Assembly (NCBI GenBank): GCA_950072105.1
Contig: CATMOE010000062.1
Span: 1 to 19,616 of the forward strand
From: an uncultured Dehalococcoidia bacterium
GTDB lineage: Bacteria; Chloroflexota; Dehalococcoidia; Lucifugimonadales; UBA3495
Direction of reading: 5' to 3'
Length of the DNA stretch: 19,616 nt
Under the pieces are notes generated by a model that saw only the letters and a list, made by a program, of their open reading frames with translations, had not been told where the DNA came from and ran no database searches. Below, one piece after another: positions 1-7,879 of this stretch (position 1 is the first letter of the stretch; each line of letters starts with the position of its first letter). A program made the position numbers and the translations under genes.

Positions 1-891
1 CTGGACTACGAGTCCTTGAGCGGATCCAATCCGGGGCTGGTCATGGCATCCATCAGCCCCTTCGGACAGACCGGCCCCTGGAAAGATCTCAAGTCCTCCG
101 ACCTGATCGCCATGGCCGCCAGCGGCTACATGCAGATCACCGGAGAGCCGGACCAGCCGCCCGTGCGTCAAGGTAACGAGCAGTCCCACTTCCCCGGCGC
201 TCAATACGCCGCGGTGGCCATCATGGCTGCCCTGTATCACCGGGACATGTTGTCGGGAGAGGGCCAGTACATCGACGTCTCGCAACAGGAGGCGCTGATC
301 ACCTTCTACACCGATGCCCATCCAGCCCTGGCCTGGATGCAGATGGAACAGAATGTCACCCGGGTGGGCACTAACTCCACCCTGGTGATTCCGCTGGGTG
401 CTTACCCTTGCCAGGACGGGTGGATATCGGCCGGGGTTATCACGCCAAGGGAATGGGATAGCCTGGCCCAATGGATATATGAGGTAACAGGGAACGACGA
501 GATACTGAACGAGAAGTACAAAGGCGGCAACCAGGAGCGGGCGCCCCACATGGACGTTATCACCGCCCTTTTTCTAGAGTTCAGCGCCAGGTTCACCGCC
601 GACGAACTGTTTCATCAGGGGCAAAAACGGAATCTGGTTTTCTTGCCGGTGAACGATGTTTCCGATCTACTGCACGATACTCAACTGGACGCCAGCCATC
701 TGTGGACCGAGTTGAATCACGATCAAACGGGCGTGCTCAAGTACCCTCTGGGAATCTTCGACAGCGAAGACTTCGCCCCGGCCCAATCAGCAGCACCGTC
801 ATTGGGACAGGACAACCAATCGATCTACGAAGGAGAGCTAGGATTGACCGCCCAGGAGATGGCCGGGCTTCGGTCGGCTAGGGTTATTTAA
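1..891 (+). CDS. CoA-transferase family III (CaiB/BaiF), BbsE-like subunit; 5' end outside window
   Basis: Frame open from base 1 (LDYESLSGSNPGLVMASISPFGQTGPW...). Family III motifs SISPFGQTGP, GEGQYIDVSQQE, YPCQDGW and C-terminal APSLGQDN. Confidence 0.9.
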   Translation: MDYESLSGSNPGLVMASISPFGQTGPWKDLKSSDLIAMAASGYMQITGEPDQPPVRQGNEQSHFPGAQYAAVAIMAALYHRDMLSGEGQYIDVSQQEALITFYTDAHPALAWMQMEQNVTRVGTNSTLVIPLGAYPCQDGWISAGVITPREWDSLAQWIYEVTGNDEILNEKYKGGNQERAPHMDVITALFLEFSARFTADELFHQGQKRNLVFLPVNDVSDLLHDTQLDASHLWTELNHDQTGVLKYPLGIFDSEDFAPAQSAAPSLGQDNQSIYEGELGLTAQEMAGLRSARVI

Positions 892-947
892 CGTGGTTAT
901 GAAACAGAATCGAATAAGTGGGAACGCTCTGTGTGCCGGCTGCCGGA

Positions 948-2171
948 ATGGCTAAACGAGCGTTGGAAGGCATACGAATCGTTGAATTGGGTCCGTACGT
1001 GGCCCTGCCATTGACCGGACGAATCCTGGCTTCATTGGGAGCCGAAGTTATCAAAGTCGAAACCAATAAGGTGCTTGACGAGATGGCCTTCATTCCCGCT
1101 TGGTCCAAGGGAGCTGGACAGCCGGATTACCAGCGCCACAAAAAGCGCATAACCCTGGACGTTCGGACGGATGAAGGGAAAGACCTGCTTCTGCGGTTGC
1201 TCGCGGTCAGCGACGTTTTTATGACCAACTTTCGGCGAAACATCTTGTCACGCTGGGGCGTGGACTTCCCGGAGGTCAGGGCGGCGCGGCCGGACATTGT
1301 CATCATGTGGCAAACTGGCCTGGGCGGCAATGGACCCTACTATACCTACAAGTCTTTCGGCATTCTGGTTCAGCATATGTCAGGTGTTTCGTTGATGAGC
1401 GGGTCACCCGGATCGCCGCCGGTGGCGGTAAACACGTCGTATTCGGACTACCACACCGGGGTGTTTCAACCGACAGCCATTATCGCCGCCCTGATGCGGC
1501 GCGGGATGCAGGGAAAGACAGCAACCATGGAGTCGTCGATCTTCCGGTCGGGGGCAGTCACCGCGGGTCCGGCCATCCTGGACTACCAACTGAATAACCG
1601 GTTGCCGGAGCGCCGGGACAACCGGGATTCTTCGGCGGCGCCCCACGGGGTGTACCGCTGCCAAGGCGACGATCGGTACTGCGCCATCTCGGTGGAAGGA
1701 GACGAACAGTGGGCCGCTTTTTGCCATGTGTTGGGCAACCCGGCATGGACCCAGGAACTTCGGTTCTCCACAGCGTTCGCCCGCCTCAACAATCAAGATG
1801 AATTGGACCGGATGGTAGGTGAGTGGACCATCCAACTCACATCAAAAAAGGTAATGGACACCCTGCAACAAGCCGGAGTACCGGCAAGCATCGTGTCCCA
1901 AGGCCAAGACCTGCACGACAGCGAACATCTGAAAGCCAGAGATTTCTACCGGGAGACCAACTATTATGTGGCTGAGCGGGGAACCCATGCCTCCCAATGG
2001 GACGAGGGGCCCAGCCTCTCATGGTCGATGCCCTTTAATATGTCCAAGACTCCCGTTGAATTTGGCAACTACAGCAACATCGGCGAGGACAATTCCTATG
2101 TCTTCGGCGACCTTTTGGGATTGAGTCCCACCGAGATCGCCCGGCTATCTGAGCGAGAGGTAATTTATTAG
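948..2171 (+). CDS. CoA-transferase family III (CaiB/BaiF), BbsF-like catalytic subunit
   Basis: ALEGIRIVELG, LASLGAEVIKVE, DVFMTNFR, SYSD (catalytic Asp position), APHGVYRC. ATG at 948 preferred over GTG at 918 because family homology starts there. Confidence 0.9.
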   Translation: MAKRALEGIRIVELGPYVALPLTGRILASLGAEVIKVETNKVLDEMAFIPAWSKGAGQPDYQRHKKRITLDVRTDEGKDLLLRLLAVSDVFMTNFRRNILSRWGVDFPEVRAARPDIVIMWQTGLGGNGPYYTYKSFGILVQHMSGVSLMSGSPGSPPVAVNTSYSDYHTGVFQPTAIIAALMRRGMQGKTATMESSIFRSGAVTAGPAILDYQLNNRLPERRDNRDSSAAPHGVYRCQGDDRYCAISVEGDEQWAAFCHVLGNPAWTQELRFSTAFARLNNQDELDRMVGEWTIQLTSKKVMDTLQQAGVPASIVSQGQDLHDSEHLKARDFYRETNYYVAERGTHASQWDEGPSLSWSMPFNMSKTPVEFGNYSNIGEDNSYVFGDLLGLSPTEIARLSEREVIY

Positions 2172-2193
2172 CTGTCAGCTATCAGCGTTCAGC
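2170..2193. repeat. Heptamer tandem array (AGCNNTC)n, copy 1
   Basis: AGCTGTC AGCTATC AGCGTTC AGC, overlapping the stop codon of the CoA-transferase. Confidence 0.75.
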
Positions 2194-2221
2194 AGAATAG
2201 AAACGAATCGGAGGTGTACCT

Positions 2222-3019
2222 TTGGACTACGGCCAATACCAGCATATCGTGATAGAGATTCGCGACGGGGTGGCCTTGTTGACCATCAACCGTCCTGAAG
2301 TTATGAACGCCACCAATGCCAAGCTCCACAACGAACTCAGCAAGATTTGGCTGGATATGGGCCAAGACCCGGATGTGCGGGTGGCCGTGATAACTGGGGC
2401 TGGCAAGGCCTTTTCCGCCGGAGGAGATTTTGAGCTGATCGAGAATACCATCGGCAACGCCGACCTGGTGGCGGCGACCATGCAGGAGGCCAGCGACATT
2501 GTCCACAATATGATTAACCTGGACAAACCGGTGATCTCGGCCATCAACGGCGTCGCCGTGGGAGCCGGGCTTGCGGTAGCTTTGCTGGCGGACATTTCCA
2601 TCGCCGCCGAGGACGCAAGGATAACCGACGGCCACGTTCGCCTGGGAGTTGCCGCCGGGGACCATGCCAGCGTCATCTGGCCGTTACTTTGCGGAATGGC
2701 CAAGGCGAAGTATTATCTGCTGACCTGTGACTTTTTAGACGGCAAGGAAGCTGAACGCATCGGCCTGGTCAGCATGGCGGTCCCTTCGGACGAGTTGATG
2801 CCTAAGGCCATGGAGGTCGCCGAAAAGTTGGCTGCCGGCTCCCAGTCTGCTATCAGGTGGACCAAGCGGTCGCTTAACCAGTGGCTGCGCATGGCGGCCC
2901 ACACGTCGTTCGACTATTCTCTGGCCCTGGAGATGCTTGGGTTCTTCGGTGACGACATCAAAGAAGGACTTCAGTCTCTTAAAGAGAGAAGGGCGCCCGA
3001 ATTCCCGTCGGCCCGGTAG
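2222..3019 (+). CDS. Enoyl-CoA hydratase/isomerase (crotonase) superfamily protein
   Basis: [48 protein letters not shown] start with GGAGGT RBS at about 2210-2215. Confidence 0.92.
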   Translation: MDYGQYQHIVIEIRDGVALLTINRPEVMNATNAKLHNELSKIWLDMGQDPDVRVAVITGAGKAFSAGGDFELIENTIGNADLVAATMQEASDIVHNMINLDKPVISAINGVAVGAGLAVALLADISIAAEDARITDGHVRLGVAAGDHASVIWPLLCGMAKAKYYLLTCDFLDGKEAERIGLVSMAVPSDELMPKAMEVAEKLAAGSQSAIRWTKRSLNQWLRMAAHTSFDYSLALEMLGFFGDDIKEGLQSLKERRAPEFPSAR

Positions 3020-3061
3020 AGGGCGTGTTGCGTGTCTGGCTCGGTGGCCTGTTTTGGCGGT

Positions 3062-3089
3062 GTAGGGGCGCACGGCCGTGCGCCCCTAC
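3062..3089. repeat. REP element (GTAG family), perfect 28-bp palindrome
   Basis: GTAGGGGCGCACGGCCGTGCGCCCCTAC is its own reverse complement. Confidence 0.9.
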
Positions 3090-3371
3090 GGCACTCCAAG
3101 GTTGTCGCATCGTAATTATGCCGTGAATATGATTGGGCATGATTACGAACTCATCCATCTGCACTTCCGCCCGAATGATTTCGGTATACGTCCACTCCTC
3201 ATGGGCCAACTGGCCCAAGTGATTCAGGGCCATCTCTCCATGTGTGACGGTGCCGAATACAGATTCTCGGCTGTAGGTACATATTGTGACGGAATATGCC
3301 CCAGGTTGGGTGAAATCGAAACCTGGCAACCGGATGGACCGCCGTTGGTGGATTTGGGGGTTGTAATTCAT
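3062..3371 (-). pseudogene. Truncated REP-associated tyrosine transposase (RAYT, IS200/IS605 Y1 HUH family), N-terminal half only
   Basis: From ATG at 3371: MNYNPQIHQRRSIRLPGFDFTQPGAYSVTICT...DEFVIMPNHIHGII (HUH motif). Homology ends at the REP (VGAHGRAPL). The C-terminal WQxxY catalytic-Tyr region is absent and the frame runs on antisense into the crotonase 3' end (stop at 2979). Confidence 0.85.
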
Positions 3372-3493
3372 TTGCAGGTTCTTCCGGTGGCTATGGGCGC
3401 GGGGATAATCTTGCAGCCTTTTGGGACCTGCTTTCAAGTATGTCTTGTCAGGAGTCCGTGTTCGGACCGTACAGTAGATTGGTTCCTGTCTGG

Positions 3494-3523
3494 TGGCACT
3501 CATGCTGCGAGGCCCACTATAAT
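3494..3523 (+). promoter_or_regulatory. Putative promoter of tenA
   Basis: Perfect TATAAT at 3518-3523, about 45 nt upstream of the ATG. Weak -35 (TGGCAC at 3494-3499). Confidence 0.45.
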
Positions 3524-3568
3524 GTCTGTCGGGCTGGAATTTATGGGATGAGGCCGAAAGAGGACTTA

Positions 3569-4222
3569 ATGGATAGTTTTAGCGAGCAGTTGAGGGCTGA
3601 GGCGGCGCCCATGTGGAGCAAGATTTTCGCCCAGCCATTCTTACGGGAGATCAAGGACGGTACGTTGCCGTTGGAGAAGTTTCAGTACTACTTGGGACAG
3701 GACTATCTATACCTGGAAGGGTTCGCGCGCACGGTGTGCATGGCCCTGGCCAAGGCCCCGGATTCCCAGACATTGGAGGAGTTGGCCCACCGGGTGATGA
3801 CCCCGGTGGAACGTCCATTGCATCATAAACTGGTGGCCGAGGCCGGGTTGACCATGGAGGATATCAAGAAGGTAAAACGCTCGCCCACCAACACCGGTTA
3901 TGTCAACCACATGATAACCACCGCGTCTCTCTACGGACTGGGCCCCACCGCGGCGGCTCTGCTGCCCTGCCCCTGGTCCTACCACGAACTCAGGGAGAAT
4001 TTGGGCCAGTCGGAGCACCCTCTGTACGGTCAGTGGACCCACTTCTACGTGGCGGGTTTGCTACAAAACAGCGTTGATGCCTGGCGAGGCTTCGTGGACC
4101 AGGCGGCGCGGGAGGCAAGTCCCCAAGAGTTGGAGGCGATGCGGGAAGCATTCATGATCAGCAGCCGCTACGAGTACATGTTCTGGGACATGGCCTATAA
4201 CATGGAAGAGTGGCCGGTTTAG
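3569..4222 (+). CDS. tenA: Thiaminase II / aminopyrimidine aminohydrolase TenA (thiamine salvage)
   Basis: GTLPLEKFQYYLGQDYLYL, LLPCPWSY (catalytic Cys), YEYMFWDMAY. ATG at 3569 with GAGGA RBS gives 217 aa, typical for TenA. Confidence 0.92.
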   Translation: MDSFSEQLRAEAAPMWSKIFAQPFLREIKDGTLPLEKFQYYLGQDYLYLEGFARTVCMALAKAPDSQTLEELAHRVMTPVERPLHHKLVAEAGLTMEDIKKVKRSPTNTGYVNHMITTASLYGLGPTAAALLPCPWSYHELRENLGQSEHPLYGQWTHFYVAGLLQNSVDAWRGFVDQAAREASPQELEAMREAFMISSRYEYMFWDMAYNMEEWPV

Positions 4223-4237
4223 GGCACTGTGCAAAAA

Positions 4238-4266
4238 GTATGGGCGGGTTTGATACCCGCCCATAC
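4238..4266. repeat. REP-like palindrome / hairpin between convergent genes
   Basis: GTATGGGCGGGT-TTGAT-ACCCGCCCATAC (12-bp stem), preceded by an A-run, so it may also terminate the minus-strand transcript. Confidence 0.75.
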
Positions 4267-4293
4267 GCGCATTCGCATTGCCGCCTGGTGCCG

Positions 4294-5391
4294 CTAAGGC
4301 GCCATCCTTCCTGGCCCCCACCCGTAAGGGATGTTGACCAGGTTGGGTTCAAGTTCACGGATGTTGGTTTGGCCGCAGTAGGACATTGCCCGGTCCACTT
4401 CTTCCCGCAATAGTTCCAGTACGCCATGGACACCGTCGGCGCCGTTCACCGCTAGTCCCCAGAATAGAGGCCGGCCGATGGCCACGGCCCTCGCTCCTAA
4501 AGCCAGCGCCTTGATAACGTCGCTGCCCCGGCGCACTCCCGAGTCGACGTATACCTCTGCTTGGCCTTTAGCGGCCTCAACGACCTCTGGCACCATCTCG
4601 ATGGCGCCCATGGTCGAGTCCATCTGCCGCCCGCCGTGGGTGGAAACCAAGATACCGTTGACGCCGTTCTCCACTGCCACGTGGGCGTCCTCGGCGGTCC
4701 TGATGCCCTTCAATACCAAGGGCAGGGAGGTTAATCCACGCAGCCATTCCAGATCTTTCCAGGTGATGGGAATGGCGCGGGAGACTTCCCAGCCGGGGGT
4801 TTCGTCGGTACCGCTGATCTCGCTTTGAGGGCGGTCCATCGCCCGGAAGTTACCCAGCTCAAAATTCCGGGAGTATTGGTTGCGAAGGTCCCGCTCTTTG
4901 GGGCTCGGGGATGGGGTGTCGACGGTCAAGCAGATCGCTTTGAAGCCTGCCTCCTCGGCCCGGTGGACCAGCATCTCGGTAAGGTCATATCCCCGGTGGT
5001 AAAGCTGGAACCACAGTGGGCCGGTGGCGGCCTCGGACACCTCTTCCATGCTGTAGTTGGATGAGGTGCTGAGCATCATCAAGGTATCGGACATCCCGGC
5101 GCCCCGAGCCGTCGCCAGTTCGCCGTCTGGGTGGGCGACCATGTGACTGCCCGCCGGGGAGACCATCACCGGCATGCTGATCTTTTCGCCCAGCACGGTG
5201 GTGGAGATGTCCCGTTCGCCGATGTCCCGCAGGAAACGGGGGCGCAGGGTCAGGTCCTCGAAGGCCGACCGGTTGCGCCGTGTGGTGAACTCGTCCATGG
5301 CCCCGGCGTCGATGAAGTCCCAAGTGTCGTGGGAGAGGGTTAGTTTGGCCCTGGCCTCGTAGTCGTAAAGATTGATGGGGTCCATGCTCAT
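4294..5391 (-). CDS. FMN-dependent alpha-hydroxy acid oxidase/dehydrogenase (glycolate oxidase / L-lactate dehydrogenase family), paralog 2
   Basis: WFQLY, LTVDTP, LVLKGI, VSTHGGRQ, DSGVRRGSD, GRPLFWGL. Start at 5391 (MSMDPINL) chosen from RBS spacing and alignment to its paralog; the ORF track start is 5397. Confidence 0.93.
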   Translation of the reverse strand: MSMDPINLYDYEARAKLTLSHDTWDFIDAGAMDEFTTRRNRSAFEDLTLRPRFLRDIGERDISTTVLGEKISMPVMVSPAGSHMVAHPDGELATARGAGMSDTLMMLSTSSNYSMEEVSEAATGPLWFQLYHRGYDLTEMLVHRAEEAGFKAICLTVDTPSPSPKERDLRNQYSRNFELGNFRAMDRPQSEISGTDETPGWEVSRAIPITWKDLEWLRGLTSLPLVLKGIRTAEDAHVAVENGVNGILVSTHGGRQMDSTMGAIEMVPEVVEAAKGQAEVYVDSGVRRGSDVIKALALGARAVAIGRPLFWGLAVNGADGVHGVLELLREEVDRAMSYCGQTNIRELEPNLVNIPYGWGPGRMAP

Positions 5392-5421
5392 GTTCATCTC
5401 CTGGACGGCGGGCTTTTTAGC

Positions 5422-6519
5422 TTAGAAGGATATGGGTCCGGGTCCCCAACCCGCCGGAATGTTGACCAGGTTGGGCTCCAGTTCCTGGATGTTGGTCTGG
5501 CCGCAATAGGACATTGCCCGGTCGACTTCTTCCCGCAACAGCTCTAGGACGCCGTGTACGCCCTCGGCTCCATTCACCGCCAGTCCCCAAAAGAGGGGTC
5601 GTCCGATTCCCACGGCACGTGCTCCCAAGGCCAGCGCTTTAATCACGTCGCTGCCCCGGCGCACTCCCGAGTCCAGGTAGACCTCCGCCTGGCCTTTGGC
5701 CGCTTCCACGACCTCGGGCAGCATCTCGATGGCGCCCATCGTCATGTCCATCTGCCGGCCTCCGTGGGTGGAAACGAGGATACCGTTGACGCCGTTCTCC
5801 ACGGCCATGTGGGCATCTTCGGCGGTCCTGATGCCTTTCAGAACCAGGGGCAAGGAGGTCAATCCACGCAGCCATTCCAACTCCCGCCAGGTAAGAGGGG
5901 TGGTGCTGGAAACGTTCCAGCCGGGGGTTTCGTCGGTGCCGCTGATCTCGCTCCGGGGCCGGTCCGAGCCTCGGAAATTACCCAAGTCGTGGCGCCGTTC
6001 GTACTGGTTGCGCAGGTCCCGTTCTTTAGGACTAGGGGACGGCGTGTCCACGGTCAAACAGATCGCTTTGAAGCCTGCCTCCTCGGCCCGGTGGACCAGC
6101 ATCTCGGTTAGCTCATAGCCGCGATGATACAGTTGAAACCACAGGGGAGCGGTAGCAACGTCGGCCACCTCTTCCATGCTGCAGTTGGAGCTGGTGCTGA
6201 GCATCATCAAAGCGTCGGACATGCCGGCGCCCCTCGCCGTGGCCCGTTCTCCATCCGGATGTGCTTTCATGTGTGATCCCGCCGGGCAGATGAAAACGGG
6301 CATGCTGACCTTCTCGCCCAGCACGGTGGTAGAGATGTCACGTTCGGTGATGTCCCGCAGGAAGCGGGGGCGCAGGGTCAGGGACTCGAAGGCCGACCGG
6401 TTGCGCCGGGTGGTGAACATGTCCATCGCTCCAGCGTCAATGGTATCCCAGTCGTTGTGGGGCAGCGTAAGCTTGGCTCGCTCTTCGTAGTCGTATAGAT
6501 TGATGGGATCGTTGCTCAT
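5422..6519 (-). CDS. FMN-dependent alpha-hydroxy acid oxidase/dehydrogenase, paralog 1
   Basis: Same motifs as its neighbour, about 85-87% aa identity by hand count. AGGAGG RBS upstream of the ATG. Confidence 0.93.
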   Translation of the reverse strand: MSNDPINLYDYEERAKLTLPHNDWDTIDAGAMDMFTTRRNRSAFESLTLRPRFLRDITERDISTTVLGEKVSMPVFICPAGSHMKAHPDGERATARGAGMSDALMMLSTSSNCSMEEVADVATAPLWFQLYHRGYELTEMLVHRAEEAGFKAICLTVDTPSPSPKERDLRNQYERRHDLGNFRGSDRPRSEISGTDETPGWNVSSTTPLTWRELEWLRGLTSLPLVLKGIRTAEDAHMAVENGVNGILVSTHGGRQMDMTMGAIEMLPEVVEAAKGQAEVYLDSGVRRGSDVIKALALGARAVGIGRPLFWGLAVNGAEGVHGVLELLREEVDRAMSYCGQTNIQELEPNLVNIPAGWGPGPISF

Positions 6520-6543
6520 GGTGGCCTCCTGAGGGCGTTGGGT

Positions 6544-6574
6544 AGCAATCAGCCGTCAGCGGTCAGCGTTCAGC
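6544..6574. repeat. Heptamer tandem array (AGCNNTC)n, copy 2
   Basis: AGCAATC AGCCGTC AGCGGTC AGCGTTC AGC in the predicted 5' UTR of the oxidase pair. Confidence 0.75.
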
Positions 6575-6612
6575 ATGCGGCTGATGCGGCGGCTCTTGGC
6601 AAAACCTTCCCT

Positions 6613-6641
6613 ACTCTAGCGGGTGGGCCGGGCGGTGGCAA
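6613..6641 (-). promoter_or_regulatory. Putative sigma70 promoter of the hydroxy-acid oxidase pair
   Basis: Minus strand TTGCCA-N17-TAGAGT. Confidence 0.55.
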
Positions 6642-6729
6642 CCCATAGATAGAGGATAGAATTTATTGGGATGACCGTCTGACGGGGATGGGCGTAAGGG
6701 TGTGAGTGTTGACTGACGCGGGTGCGGGG

Positions 6730-6757
6730 CTATGGACACGGCATGCCGTGCCTCTAC
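6730..6757. repeat. REP element (GTAG family), imperfect
   Basis: Minus strand GTAGAGGCACGGCATGCCGTGTCCATAG, closely similar to the copy at 12574-12601. Confidence 0.8.
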
Positions 6758-6829
6758 CAGGATGCATGAACCACTCCTCTGGCGGACAACGCATGTAGAT
6801 GCTCGGCGGGGCGATTGGTTCGATGAATT

Positions 6830-6863
6830 AAAAAACAGAGGCGGGTTTTAAACCCGCCTCTGT
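6830..6863 (-). terminator. Rho-independent terminator of the oxidoreductase operon (REP-like stem)
   Basis: Minus strand ACAGAGGCGGGTTT-A-AAACCCGCCTCTGT followed by a T-run, about 25 nt after the beta-subunit stop. Confidence 0.8.
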
Positions 6864-6888
6864 CAGTTCACGCGATGTAGCCTGGTAT

Positions 6889-7878
6889 CTAGTCTTGGCC
6901 CATAGTGACGGGTATCACGCCGGGTAGCCACCACTTTTCCCAGCTTTCGTCCACCCGGTCTTGGAAGATCTTGATGTCTTCCTTGGTGAAGTGGGCGAAC
7001 CGGCCCTGGCGCATCAGGTATTCCTCTACCGGCTTACGTTTCCGGATGCCCCTGGCGATGGCTCGAGATGGGCCGTTGAGGGTCAACTCACCTTCTATGA
7101 TCTCGTACTGCACCCACAGCCCGGTCTCTACGATCAGCATGCCCAACTCGTGGGAGAACTTTGGGTCGTAGTCCCAGCCTTTGGGGCAGGGGTCGATGCT
7201 GTGGATGAAGGTGGGTCCGCCGATGGTCAGCGCCCGGCGGATCTTGTTGTTGAAGTCCAATCCGTAAGAGCCGTTGGCGGTAGCCACGAATTTGACGTCG
7301 GGGTGGCCCACGGCCAACATGGGCGCCGTGTTTTTCTTCCACCGTTTGTTCATTATTCGGGTTTCTTTTCCCGGTGGGCTGAAGGTGGTGTTGGCGCCGT
7401 AGGGAGTGCTGCCCGATGCCTGGATGTCGGTGTTGGCGTAGGACTCGTTGTCGTACATCAGGATCAGCAGGTTGTATTCGTCGTGCTGCAATGCTGCCGA
7501 GATAGCGGCCAAGCCCATGTCGGCGCCGCCGCCGTCGCCGCAGAAGGCGATTACGTTGATCGGCTCTTTATGCATCTTGCCTTTGCGCATCATCGATGCC
7601 AGGCCGGCGGCGGTGCCGGTAGCGGCCGAGCCGGAAGATCCCAACTGGGTGTGCATCCACGGCACTACCCAAGGAGTGCTGTAGTAGGTGGTGTTGGCCA
7701 CGTACATGCAGCCGGTGCTGCCCACGACGATGGTCCTCTGGCCCGCAGCCTTGATCATCAGGCGCATCACCAGCGCGGACTCGCAGCCCTGACAGGTGCG
7801 GTGGCCGGAGGTGTAGCCTTCGGATATGGGTATATTCTTAACACCTTTAATCTGGGGAAGGTCTTGTACCGTAGTCAT
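6889..7878 (-). CDS. oorB: 2-oxoacid:ferredoxin oxidoreductase beta subunit (TPP-binding), oxalate oxidoreductase-like
   Basis: GHRTCQGC, TGCMYVANT, GDGG...YDNESYANT TPP motif, TPYGANTTFSPPG, PCPKGW. These match Moorella OOR beta as recalled. Confidence 0.85.
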   Translation of the reverse strand: MTTVQDLPQIKGVKNIPISEGYTSGHRTCQGCESALVMRLMIKAAGQRTIVVGSTGCMYVANTTYYSTPWVVPWMHTQLGSSGSAATGTAAGLASMMRKGKMHKEPINVIAFCGDGGGADMGLAAISAALQHDEYNLLILMYDNESYANTDIQASGSTPYGANTTFSPPGKETRIMNKRWKKNTAPMLAVGHPDVKFVATANGSYGLDFNNKIRRALTIGGPTFIHSIDPCPKGWDYDPKFSHELGMLIVETGLWVQYEIIEGELTLNGPSRAIARGIRKRKPVEEYLMRQGRFAHFTKEDIKIFQDRVDESWEKWWLPGVIPVTMGQD

Positions 7879-7879
7879 A

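Noticed and set aside
1..2171. CoA-transferases as formyl-CoA:oxalate transferase (Frc) linked to the OOR-like genes
   Set aside because: They look like a BbsEF-type pair rather than homodimeric Frc, no oxalyl-CoA decarboxylase is present, and they are in a separate opposite-strand unit.
3494..3508. sigma54-like TGGCAC-N5-CTGC
   Set aside because: Imperfect -12 element, no activator gene nearby, and a perfect TATAAT explains the promoter more simply.
3545..3566. Hammerhead-like string GATGAGGCCGAAAG
   Set aside because: Lacks the CTGATGA core and the closing stem plus GAAA; it overlaps the tenA RBS region and is probably chance.
3372..3568. TPP riboswitch expected upstream of tenA
   Set aside because: No CTGAGA or CCTGA...TAATGC...GCGTAGG-type core found, and the candidate -10 leaves only about 40 nt of leader.
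3440..3568. Cys-rich N-terminal extension of TenA in the ORF track
   Set aside because: The RBS, the candidate promoter inside this stretch and family length all point to ATG 3569.
4294..6519. Oxidases as mycofactocin MftD
   Set aside because: No mft genes in the window, and the motifs fit the general glycolate/lactate oxidase branch better.
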